This document shows, piece by piece, positions 1 through 7,784 of a stretch of 27,820 bases of DNA; within the stretch, counting starts at the first letter, position 1, and every line of letters begins with the position of its first letter. The notes beneath the pieces were generated by a model. The model saw only the letters and a list, made by a program, of their open reading frames with translations, had not been told where the DNA came from and made no database searches. The position numbers and the translations under genes were made by a program. The stretch spans positions 1-27,820 of the IMG/VR virus record IMGVR_UViG_3300032265_000727, one strand, 5' to 3'. Source of the DNA: a virus. Lineage: Duplodnaviria; Caudoviricetes.

Positions 1-2762
1 ATTTCGTTTTCAATTACCGGAAGTGCTTTACTAATCAACTCATATGGAATACCATCTCTCTTTACAGCATCTAAATAATAGGTGTATAATCGGTTCTTTT
101 CTTCCAATTCCTTAACATCATTCATCTTTTGTTTGATACCCCCTATATAGGTCTCTAATGATGAAATAGAACCATTCTTAAATGATATTTGTTTACTGAT
201 ATCTTTGATGTCCGACTCAATTTTCTTTTTCTCTACTTCTAATTCTTTGATTTGTTTTTCTAACTCTTTATTACTTTGAATTGTTTCTTCGTTTTCAAAA
301 TACTTTTCAATATCTTCTTCAACTTTATCCAATTGATGTTGTAATAATTCTTCTTTTGTTTCTAAACCAGATAATTCAGCTTCTGCAGTTTTTAAGATAC
401 CTTTGGCTTGTGAAAGTTTTGTTTTCAAATCATTCCATTCATTATATTGTTCTTCTACACCTTCCATAGTATCCAAAGTTTGTTGAATACCAACACAATC
501 AATCGTTGCCTGCTTAACTATTTCTTCCAACTGAGGTAATGCATTTTTTGCAACCATTGCATCTTTAACAAACTCATTATTACAACAAAATTCACAATTT
601 GGGTCATACTCATGTTTGTCCAAATGTTTAATCTTTTCTTGTGCAGAACTTAAATATAATTTTGCAGTATCATATACTTTAGTTTCATCAACTAATTTCT
701 TTTGATATTCTTTATAGTTAGAATACACAACTTCTATATCAATTCCATTTAATTGTTTCTTTTCATCTATTGATTCTGATAATTCATCTACCTTTTCTTT
801 ATAGATTTCAATGTTTCTTTCTTTTGTTCCGTATGATGTTTCTAATACTTCTAATTTCTCATTGATTTCTTTTCTTTTTTCTTCTAAAGTAGGTAAGTCT
901 AAATTACCATCAATAGGAGTAAGGTTTCTACTTAAATCTAATATAACACCATCTAAACCATCTTTGTCAGTATTTAATCTACCTAATTCATTATCTAATT
1001 CTTTTAACTCACTTTTCTTTTCTTTTAAGTCATTTGCTTTATCTGCAAGCTCGGTAGTAAAGTCATTTTTCTTAAAGTTTTTAATTAATACCGAAACTTC
1101 TTTGATGTCTTCAATTCCTGTTTCATATAATTTGTCAAAAACATTCAATCCCATAAATTGAGCAAGTAAATCTTTTCTCTCACTTTGTGATTTGTCAATG
1201 AATATAGAGTTATTACCTTGTAACGATAATGCAGTCAATACGAAATCTTCATACTTACCAACATATTGTTCAATTACGGCATTTGTATCTCTTCTTTCAG
1301 TTCCGTTCAATGAGGTTTTGTCATCACCATCTTGTCTATAAAACTGAACATCAACTTTAACATTCTTTCCTTTGTTTATAGTTTTTGCAGTTCTTTCAAT
1401 ATGATAATCTATACCTTCAATTTGAAAATGTAAATGACAACTAAAATCTTGCTTTCTATTGTTTAGAATATTTTGTGCTTTGAATGCTCTACTACTCTTA
1501 TCATAAAGACAGAATGAAATAGCGTCAAAGATAGATGACTTACCTTGTGCATTGGGTGCAAATAATCCCATCAATCCGTTTAACTTGCTAAAATCAATCT
1601 TATTGTCCTCACCATAACTAAACATATTAGAAAACTCAAATCTAATCGGTTTCCAATAAATGTTTCTTAAAGTTTCCTCATGTGTAATTCTACTATTAAC
1701 ATCTCTGTTTATCTTTTCTAATTCACCTAAGTCTTTTGCATCAACAAACGGCATCATTCTTTCCACATACTCATTTATTAAAGAGTTTTGGTAGTTTATA
1801 TCTGCAATATTTTCAAAGTCTAATTTATTACCTCTATCTCCTGTTTTCTTTTTTGAAAGGGAGTCTGTTCTAATAATTGTAAAGTCATCAACACCATATT
1901 TCATTTTAATTTCTGCAATTACTTTTTTAGTGTCCGCAGTATCGGTGTTTGATAATCTTACTCTTAAACGAGGATGTTTTGGCATATCATTTACAACTGG
2001 AACTTTACCATTATCAATATCCATAGTATAATAACCATAGTCATTTTGAATATCAATTTCCTCATAGGTCATTGTGTCTAAATCCCATGCTAAAAAACCA
2101 TGTCTATCTAATGTCTCACCAAAGTTTTGTTGTAATAGAGAACCCGCATAAACTACCTTACAACCTTTTGGACTTATCATTTCTTGACGCTTATGAATAT
2201 CACCTAAAAGTGCTAAATCAAAACCATCAAATATATCCGTTGTAAAATGTCTACTACTTACCACATATCCTATATCAGTTTGTGAATTATCAACAGGCCC
2301 GTGGAATAAAGCAATCTTTTTATTACCAAATAGTTTATCAGCAGTAATCCAATTGTCTTTGTTATCTAAAATTGAAAATACTGAAAAATCAATACCACCA
2401 ATAGAAAATACCTGTGTATCTCTTAAGTAATAAAAGTTTTCTAATTCCAATGCTTCAACAATAGGAGTAAGAACATCCATTCTATCCATATTGTTCATAT
2501 TACAATCGTGATTTCCAGTAATAAGAATTGTAGGACAAGTTTTAGCACACTCTTTGAATAACCAACTAATCTCATTAACTAATTCTGGACTCATTTCCAA
2601 TTTAGCATGAGCAATATCACCTGCCAAATATATAATTGCATCTTCGGTTCCTCTTTTACGGATTTCCTCAAACATCAATTCAAATACCTGCCTATACTCT
2701 TTGTGTCTTTTCACATTACGAATATGTATATCCGCAATATGATAAATTTTCTTTAAACTCAT
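1..2762 (-). CDS. SbcD-SbcC (Mre11-Rad50; T4 gp47-gp46-like) fusion nuclease/ATPase, 3' end truncated by window edge
   Basis: Not in ORF track; translated by hand from ATG at 2762 (overlaps primase TGA), open for 920 codons to the window edge. N-terminal metallophosphoesterase motifs IYHIADIH, LAGDIAH, TGNHD, LFHG, LGDIH, YAGS. Then Rad50-type WKPIRFEFSNMFSYG, Walker A FAPNAQGKSS (~1534-1563), Q-loop region LSLQG, a long E/K-rich coiled coil and zinc hook DPNCEFC (~582-606). Confidence 0.93.
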   Translation of the reverse strand, partial: MSLKKIYHIADIHIRNVKRHKEYRQVFELMFEEIRKRGTEDAIIYLAGDIAHAKLEMSPELVNEISWLFKECAKTCPTILITGNHDCNMNNMDRMDVLTPIVEALELENFYYLRDTQVFSIGGIDFSVFSILDNKDNWITADKLFGNKKIALFHGPVDNSQTDIGYVVSSRHFTTDIFDGFDLALLGDIHKRQEMISPKGCKVVYAGSLLQQNFGETLDRHGFLAWDLDTMTYEEIDIQNDYGYYTMDIDNGKVPVVNDMPKHPRLRVRLSNTDTADTKKVIAEIKMKYGVDDFTIIRTDSLSKKKTGDRGNKLDFENIADINYQNSLINEYVERMMPFVDAKDLGELEKINRDVNSRITHEETLRNIYWKPIRFEFSNMFSYGEDNKIDFSKLNGLMGLFAPNAQGKSSIFDAISFCLYDKSSRAFKAQNILNNRKQDFSCHLHFQIEGIDYHIERTAKTINKGKNVKVDVQFYRQDGDDKTSLNGTERRDTNAVIEQYVGKYEDFVLTALSLQGNNSIFIDKSQSERKDLLAQFMGLNVFDKLYETGIEDIKEVSVLIKNFKKNDFTTELADKANDLKEKKSELKELDNELGRLNTDKDGLDGVILDLSRNLTPIDGNLDLPTLEEKRKEINEKLEVLETSYGTKERNIEIYKEKVDELSESIDEKKQLNGIDIEVVYSNYKEYQKKLVDETKVYDTAKLYLSSAQEKIKHLDKHEYDPNCEFCCNNEFVKDAMVAKNALPQLEEIVKQATIDCVGIQQTLDTMEGVEEQYNEWNDLKTKLSQAKGILKTAEAELSGLETKEELLQHQLDKVEEDIEKYFENEETIQSNKELEKQIKELEVEKKKIESDIKDISKQISFKNGSISSLETYIGGIKQKMNDVKELEEKNRLYTYYLDAVKRDGIPYELISKALPVIENE

Positions 2763-3700
2763 AATGAATTTATTTTATTTAACAATAGTTCTTCCGATGA
2801 AAATTCTTTAGTTTTCTTTAGTTCTTCATAAAACTTTTCATATCCAATTTCGGAAGCATCTTTATCTTTCATATACATCATTCTTACATGAATACCTTGC
2901 TTTCTAAAATACTCAGCAGCTTTAAGTGCTTCGGTAATAGCATCGTTATCCAATGAAATAATAATATCACTAACTCCATTCATAAAGATTTTCTCAACCA
3001 ATGTTCTGGATGGAAACTTACCTAACAATGGGATAGCATTTCTTTTAATAGTAATTGCATCAAATACACCCTCACAAAGTATAATCGGTTCGTTCCAATT
3101 TACTTGTGAATCAAAACATATTACATTCTTGCTGATTGGAGGATTTTTGTATTTCATTTTGTTCTCCGGATAATACGAACGAGAAACAAAGTAATTCAAT
3201 GACCCATCGGAATTGTATGATGGTATAATTACTCTTTGGCCATATAATCCTTCTTTACAATATCCTATGTTATATTTGATTATATCTTTAATACCTATAC
3301 CTCTTTGAGTAAGGTAATGTATTGCGTGTTTATATTCTGGATTAAACCCCATTGGAGGTTCACTAAGAGATATAAATTCTTTTGGTAAGGAAATGAACAC
3401 CTTTGTATCGGCGTCCTCTAATTGTGGGTTATAATTGCTATCTCCATATATCTCTCTAATAATAGAAATAACCTTTCTATCAACATCTAACTTTTTTAAT
3501 AATGAGGTCAATTTCTTACCACCACTATTGCAAGTCCAACAATGCCATTTTTGGGTTTCTGTATTAACTTGTAATTTTTGTTTGTGGTGATTACAAAATG
3601 GACAATAAAAAGCTAACTCATTTCCTTTCAGATTGAGATAACTACCTAAAACGCCAGTTAGGGTAGATACAACTATATTCTTATCATTTTGCTTCAACAC
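2759..3700 (-). CDS. dnaG: DNA primase (zinc finger + TOPRIM)
   Basis: CPFC...CWTC zinc finger, YLTQRGI, RVIIP, KYKNP, TOPRIM EGVFDA and LDND, KDASE; GTG start. Confidence 0.92.
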   Translation of the reverse strand: MLKQNDKNIVVSTLTGVLGSYLNLKGNELAFYCPFCNHHKQKLQVNTETQKWHCWTCNSGGKKLTSLLKKLDVDRKVISIIREIYGDSNYNPQLEDADTKVFISLPKEFISLSEPPMGFNPEYKHAIHYLTQRGIGIKDIIKYNIGYCKEGLYGQRVIIPSYNSDGSLNYFVSRSYYPENKMKYKNPPISKNVICFDSQVNWNEPIILCEGVFDAITIKRNAIPLLGKFPSRTLVEKIFMNGVSDIIISLDNDAITEALKAAEYFRKQGIHVRMMYMKDKDASEIGYEKFYEELKKTKEFSSEELLLNKINSL

Positions 3701-3704
3701 CCTT

Positions 3705-3737
3705 TAAATATACAACAAATATTTGATATTACCAAAT
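3705..3737 (-). promoter_or_regulatory. Putative Bacteroidota sigma-A-type promoter upstream of primase
   Basis: Minus strand ATTTGGTAATATCAAATATTTGTTGTATATTTA = TTTG-N20-TATATTTA, close to the Bacteroidota -33/-7 consensus TTTG-N19-21-TAnnTTTG; intergenic; closely similar copy at 26663-26695. Confidence 0.7.
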
Positions 3738-3740
3738 ATT

Positions 3741-4166
3741 TTATGGTCTATTTTCCTCTAAAAACCAATCTTCTGGGATAAACTTGTCTGCGTATTTATA
3801 TCCATTTTTATCACACCAATCACCATAAGTTGTTTTAGACTTTTTACTGATTTTGTTTTTTGAATTAGAAAATACGAAACGAATGTCCAAATGTGGGTTG
3901 TGTTCTTTGACTAATAGGTGTTTTTTCCTATCGGCCGCTACAAACCTACCTTTTGTTTCAACTCTAATACCATTTGGGAGTTTAAAATCAGGACTATAAT
4001 TATGTGAAGATGCTGGTATTATGTATGGAACTTTTTCAGTTTCATATTCAACTTTTATTCCTCTACTTTCTATTTGAGATGATATGGTTTCTTCTAAACC
4101 AGACTTAAATCCATATTTTTTAGCAACCCATTTTGGATTACTTTTTTTTGTAACTTTTTTTGCCAT
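3741..4166 (-). CDS. T7 endonuclease I-like Holliday junction resolvase
   Basis: GFKSGLEE, YSPDFKLPNG, VETKGRF, DRKKHLL, LDIRFVFSNS, KTTYGDWCDKNG follow the T7 gp3 motif pattern. Confidence 0.93.
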   Translation of the reverse strand: MAKKVTKKSNPKWVAKKYGFKSGLEETISSQIESRGIKVEYETEKVPYIIPASSHNYSPDFKLPNGIRVETKGRFVAADRKKHLLVKEHNPHLDIRFVFSNSKNKISKKSKTTYGDWCDKNGYKYADKFIPEDWFLEENRP

Positions 4167-4174
4167 TAAATTTA

Positions 4175-4558
4175 TTAATCTTTTTTTACTTGCGCACTAT
4201 AACTATTTCCTTTTTGGTCATTATATGTTGCTCCCCAATTACCCATTCCTTTACCATATCTTTGTGTAGATAATTTTGATTCCAATCCTGCTATAGCTTT
4301 TTCATCATATAATTTAGCATCTGCACTACCAAATCCTTCGGAATAATATGGAGTTTTATCATTTTCTCCATCGGCTAATGAACCCATTCCTTTACCATAT
4401 CTATTACCCAACGTTGATTCTAAAGTTTTAATTGTCTTTTCATCATATAAATTAGCATCGGCACTTCCGTTTCCTTCAGAATAATATGGAGTTTTATCGC
4501 CACCTGTAGCTACTTGTAATTTTTTATCTGCGTTAAATAAATCTATAATACTTGCCAT
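4175..4558 (-). CDS. Hypothetical protein made of two ~40-aa tandem repeats
   Basis: 127-aa ORF with putative late motif upstream; the repeat copies differ by many synonymous changes, supporting coding. Confidence 0.8.
   Translation of the reverse strand: MASIIDLFNADKKLQVATGGDKTPYYSEGNGSADANLYDEKTIKTLESTLGNRYGKGMGSLADGENDKTPYYSEGFGSADAKLYDEKAIAGLESKLSTQRYGKGMGNWGATYNDQKGNSYSAQVKKD
4241..4498 (-). repeat. Intragenic direct repeat, 2 copies of ~120 bp (4382-4498 and 4241-4360)
   Basis: DKTPYYSEGNGSADANLYDEKTIKTLESTLG-NRYGKGMG vs DKTPYYSEGFGSADAKLYDEKAIAGLESKLSTQRYGKGMG; identical 20-mers at both ends of each copy. Confidence 0.95.
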
Positions 4559-4574
4559 TGTTTTTTCTTTTGTA

Positions 4575-4583
4575 TATAAATAT
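4575..4583 (-). promoter_or_regulatory. Putative phage late promoter ATATTTATA
   Basis: Exact 9-mer 16 nt upstream of ATG 4558, in a 29-nt intergenic gap; recurs before other virion genes. Confidence 0.65.
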
Positions 4584-4587
4584 AAGA

Positions 4588-5787
4588 TTATGTATCAAAT
4601 CGTACAATAAAGTTTACAGTTAAGTCATGCTCAGATTTTATTGGTTGTGGTAGTTTTGCTACTGCTACCAATTGACAATCATCATCGTATAACCCAATTG
4701 CTGTAATCATAGGTGTTAAGAATGAACCCGTTGAATCCATTGAACTACTTAAAAAATAATGTTCAAACCCTGCCAAAGTATTACCCACAGAACCACTAAA
4801 TCTATAATCCAATTCATTACCATTTTCTAAAATAGTTTTTTGTCTAATATAATTAATACCTGGATTAGTAATAACTTTTGTAATAGTACCATCTGAACTT
4901 ATATGTGTTTCGGTTTGTTTACCCACATTAACAATTGCAGATGGATTTGTTGAAACATTGAATTCATCTTGTTCAGCTATCAACAAATATTCGTGTTCAT
5001 ATATTGTCTTTGTTGATTTAAAATTTAATTTCCAATCCGATGTTAACATATTAGCAAATTCTTTTGTTAATATCAATAATCCTTGATTATAAAAAACATT
5101 ACCAAATCTAACATCTTTTCCTTCTGGCAGTAAAAATGGAATATTATCAACCAACATCATTGCTGTTTCAATGTCAAATGATTCAATTTTCATTGAATAT
5201 TCTACACCACTATATGATATTGTTAATTCATTAAGTTGTATATCAAATTCTCCAATAGATAATTGTGCAAAAGAGGCACTATATGGATTATCTGCAATAT
5301 CAACAAAATCTATTTTTTGATTTTCTATATCTATTTTTCCAATATAAACTCTATCTGGAACATCTCCTATTAAATTTCCATAAGAATCATCAAAATAAGT
5401 TGTTTCATTATCTAATAAAGTTAATGAACCTTTTTTTATTCCTTCTCCAACATATATTTGTGGAATAGAAATTACTTTTGCAGAACCACTTAAAAATCTT
5501 TCTTGAGCTTTTGGTTTTATAGAATACCAATTTGATTTTTCACCCAATCTTGTAAATGGATTATCTTCTTGTCCATTATAAAATTGAGCTTTTAATTGTC
5601 CGTATATAGAATTTTTTGGATATAATGAACCAGTTAAACTACCAGTTGTTATTAAATTTAAATCCGCAGAAAATTCATCCGCTTCTAATATTGTAATTGA
5701 ACCGGAATCATAATTTGTAAAATTCCATTCTTTATAAGCTTTGAATGGCCTAACACTAATATCGGATTTTGGTATTCTTTTTAACAT
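4588..5787 (-). CDS. Virion structural protein (baseplate/tail-fibre attachment-like), paralog of 5861..7105
   Basis: C-terminal ITAIGLYDDDCQLVAVAKLPQPI resembles the GLYDxxGxLIAVA motif of tail-collar fibre (DUF3751/P2 gpH N-terminal) domains; baseplate context. Confidence 0.65.
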   Translation of the reverse strand: MLKRIPKSDISVRPFKAYKEWNFTNYDSGSITILEADEFSADLNLITTGSLTGSLYPKNSIYGQLKAQFYNGQEDNPFTRLGEKSNWYSIKPKAQERFLSGSAKVISIPQIYVGEGIKKGSLTLLDNETTYFDDSYGNLIGDVPDRVYIGKIDIENQKIDFVDIADNPYSASFAQLSIGEFDIQLNELTISYSGVEYSMKIESFDIETAMMLVDNIPFLLPEGKDVRFGNVFYNQGLLILTKEFANMLTSDWKLNFKSTKTIYEHEYLLIAEQDEFNVSTNPSAIVNVGKQTETHISSDGTITKVITNPGINYIRQKTILENGNELDYRFSGSVGNTLAGFEHYFLSSSMDSTGSFLTPMITAIGLYDDDCQLVAVAKLPQPIKSEHDLTVNFIVRFDT

Positions 5788-5793
5788 ATCTAC

Positions 5794-5802
5794 TATAAAT
5801 AT
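5794..5802 (-). promoter_or_regulatory. Putative phage late promoter ATATTTATA
   Basis: Exact 9-mer 6 nt upstream of ATG 5787, directly after a terminator. Confidence 0.65.
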
Positions 5803-5805
5803 CTT

Positions 5806-5836
5806 AAAACTAAAAACCCACCAAATTAAGGTGGGT
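5806..5836 (-). terminator. Rho-independent terminator
   Basis: Minus strand ACCCACC-TTAATTT-GGTGGGT followed by TTTTAGTTTT, ~25 nt after the stop of 5861..7105. Confidence 0.8.
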
Positions 5837-5860
5837 AATAGTTTTTATTTTATTCTCCGA

Positions 5861-7105
5861 TTAGAAGTCTAATTTAACTTTAATTGCAATTTCTTTATCA
5901 AAAGATTTTTCAATTGGTTGAGATGTTTTAGCAACTGCTAATAATTCGTTTGCATCATTATATAAACCAACTGTTGTAATGTACACATGTGGGTCTTTTT
6001 CAAATAATGGTTGAACAAATGCTCCAACTGAACCTGTTACAAATGTTGGATTGTTTGAGAAGTTAAATTCTCTATTGTTTGCTCTTACAAAGTAATGAGA
6101 TGTAGAAACGTTTTCAGTTCTTCTAGCTTGGAAGTCAGAACCACTATCTAACGCTTTTAACAACGCCACACCACCATATAATGGGCTTCTATTGATATGA
6201 TATATTCCAGATACATTGTCCGTTGCAGCTGCTAAATTAGAATCAACAGTTGCAGCTAATGCGGTTGGATTTAATAATATAATACCCATATCTGGATAGA
6301 ATAAACCATATCCCTGTTTTGTATGTGTATCACTATAATTTGCAATAGATGCAGTTAATGCAGTACCAATATTTAATGAACCACTAACTAAATTATAAAC
6401 TCTTCCTGCAGTTGTTACATTTTCGCCGGTTCCACCACTATCATCAATTAAAGTTATAGAACCAGAATTACCTGTTAATTTAATTGAAATATTTCCTGGG
6501 TCTAATCTTTCTTTATATCTAGCTCTATTAATGTTGATTACATAAAATGATGTTAAATTATATCCACCAGCTACTGAACCACTATAAACACTAAATGCAT
6601 CATCACCTGTACCTAACAAAACATTTTTATATTGATAATAAGTTGCAAATGTTGGTCTTGTAGATGAATCATCTTGTGTAATTGTTGGTGCACCATATCC
6701 ATTAATATCACCATATGCTATTGAAAACTGAACTTCTGAAGAAGTTGATGATGTTACTCCATTATATACATTAATGTAATATTTACCACTTGTAGATGCA
6801 ACTTGTGCAGAAGAAGTAAATGATGAACTTGGGTCAAATGAACCAGTATCACCACTCCATATTCCAGAAGTTACTATTTGTGTTCTATTTACTACGGTAT
6901 CAATTACACCAAATTTTTTATAAATACCATTTGAAATAGTAGTTATATCGGCACTGATTTGTTCTCCTTGCCCTAAAAATTGATTGATTATACCTACCAA
7001 TTGATTTGTATCAACCGGTGTTCCTGTTGTATTAGATGCGCCTGCTAAGTATTGTGATAAATTACTTGCTAAAAGGGCTCCTCTATTGTCTCTTATTAAT
7101 GCCAT
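5861..7105 (-). CDS. Virion structural protein (baseplate/tail-fibre attachment-like), paralog of 4588..5787
   Basis: C-terminal YITTVGLYNDANELLAVAKTSQPI; EFNFSNNPT matches EFNVSTNPS in the paralog; S/T/G-rich. Confidence 0.65.
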   Translation of the reverse strand: MALIRDNRGALLASNLSQYLAGASNTTGTPVDTNQLVGIINQFLGQGEQISADITTISNGIYKKFGVIDTVVNRTQIVTSGIWSGDTGSFDPSSSFTSSAQVASTSGKYYINVYNGVTSSTSSEVQFSIAYGDINGYGAPTITQDDSSTRPTFATYYQYKNVLLGTGDDAFSVYSGSVAGGYNLTSFYVININRARYKERLDPGNISIKLTGNSGSITLIDDSGGTGENVTTAGRVYNLVSGSLNIGTALTASIANYSDTHTKQGYGLFYPDMGIILLNPTALAATVDSNLAAATDNVSGIYHINRSPLYGGVALLKALDSGSDFQARRTENVSTSHYFVRANNREFNFSNNPTFVTGSVGAFVQPLFEKDPHVYITTVGLYNDANELLAVAKTSQPIEKSFDKEIAIKVKLDF

Positions 7106-7112
7106 AGTTTAA

Positions 7113-7736
7113 TTATTGTACATATGTTACTGTTACTGAAATCGTTTGTGAACCACCCGTTTCGTTACCATAAACGGTTATTGTTGTTTTAACATCGGAT
7201 GTTAAAGATGGGTTTGGAATAAATTTAAATGATAATCCTTTAGCAATCGCTGCAGTTGCTGAAGCATTATCACCAATAAATACAGGAACTGTACCTGCAT
7301 CAGATGTTACACCTTCACCCACAATATCACCTGCGTTTTTATTAGCTAAAACAATAGTATAACCCATTGTTCTATTACCTGCAGGAGATGTAGTTGGTGA
7401 TAAAGCAACTTCACCACTTTTTTGATTTACCGAAATATTAGGAACACCAAATTCAACAACAGGAATTCTAGTTGTATTTTTTGGAAGGGTTACCAATTTA
7501 TATTTCATTACTTGAGTTTCATCCGGATTAGCTTCTAAAACTGGCATATTTTTAATTGCCGCATCGTAATAAGAAGTTCCTAATGGATGTGCTGGTTCAT
7601 ATAAAGAATAGTCAATCTCATCATCCGCTAACGCAAATTGAGTAATGTTTAATCCTTGGCCCGCAGCTAATTTTTCTCTACCTTTTTTAGTAAGGATAGC
7701 ATCAACTGTTAATTCTGTGTTACTTAAATATCCCAT
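7113..7736 (-). CDS. Virion structural protein, tail-collar-fibre-like N-terminus
   Basis: AILTKKGREKLAAGQGLNITQFALADD resembles the ITxxGxxKLAAA...ITxMAVGDG start of DUF3751/P2 gpH-type domains. Confidence 0.6.
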   Translation of the reverse strand: MGYLSNTELTVDAILTKKGREKLAAGQGLNITQFALADDEIDYSLYEPAHPLGTSYYDAAIKNMPVLEANPDETQVMKYKLVTLPKNTTRIPVVEFGVPNISVNQKSGEVALSPTTSPAGNRTMGYTIVLANKNAGDIVGEGVTSDAGTVPVFIGDNASATAAIAKGLSFKFIPNPSLTSDVKTTITVYGNETGGSQTISVTVTYVQ

Positions 7737-7757
7737 AGTATTATATTAATCTTTTGA

Positions 7758-7766
7758 TATAAATAT
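7758..7766 (-). promoter_or_regulatory. Putative phage late promoter ATATTTATA
   Basis: Exact 9-mer 21 nt upstream of ATG 7736, intergenic. Confidence 0.65.
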
Positions 7767-7784
7767 TATAATTTTAAAATTCCG

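Noticed and set aside
4241-4498. Direct repeat as a DGR template/variable pair or CRISPR array
   Set aside because: Both copies are in frame in one ORF, differences are not adenine-specific and are often synonymous, there is no spacer structure, and no reverse transcriptase or cas gene is nearby.
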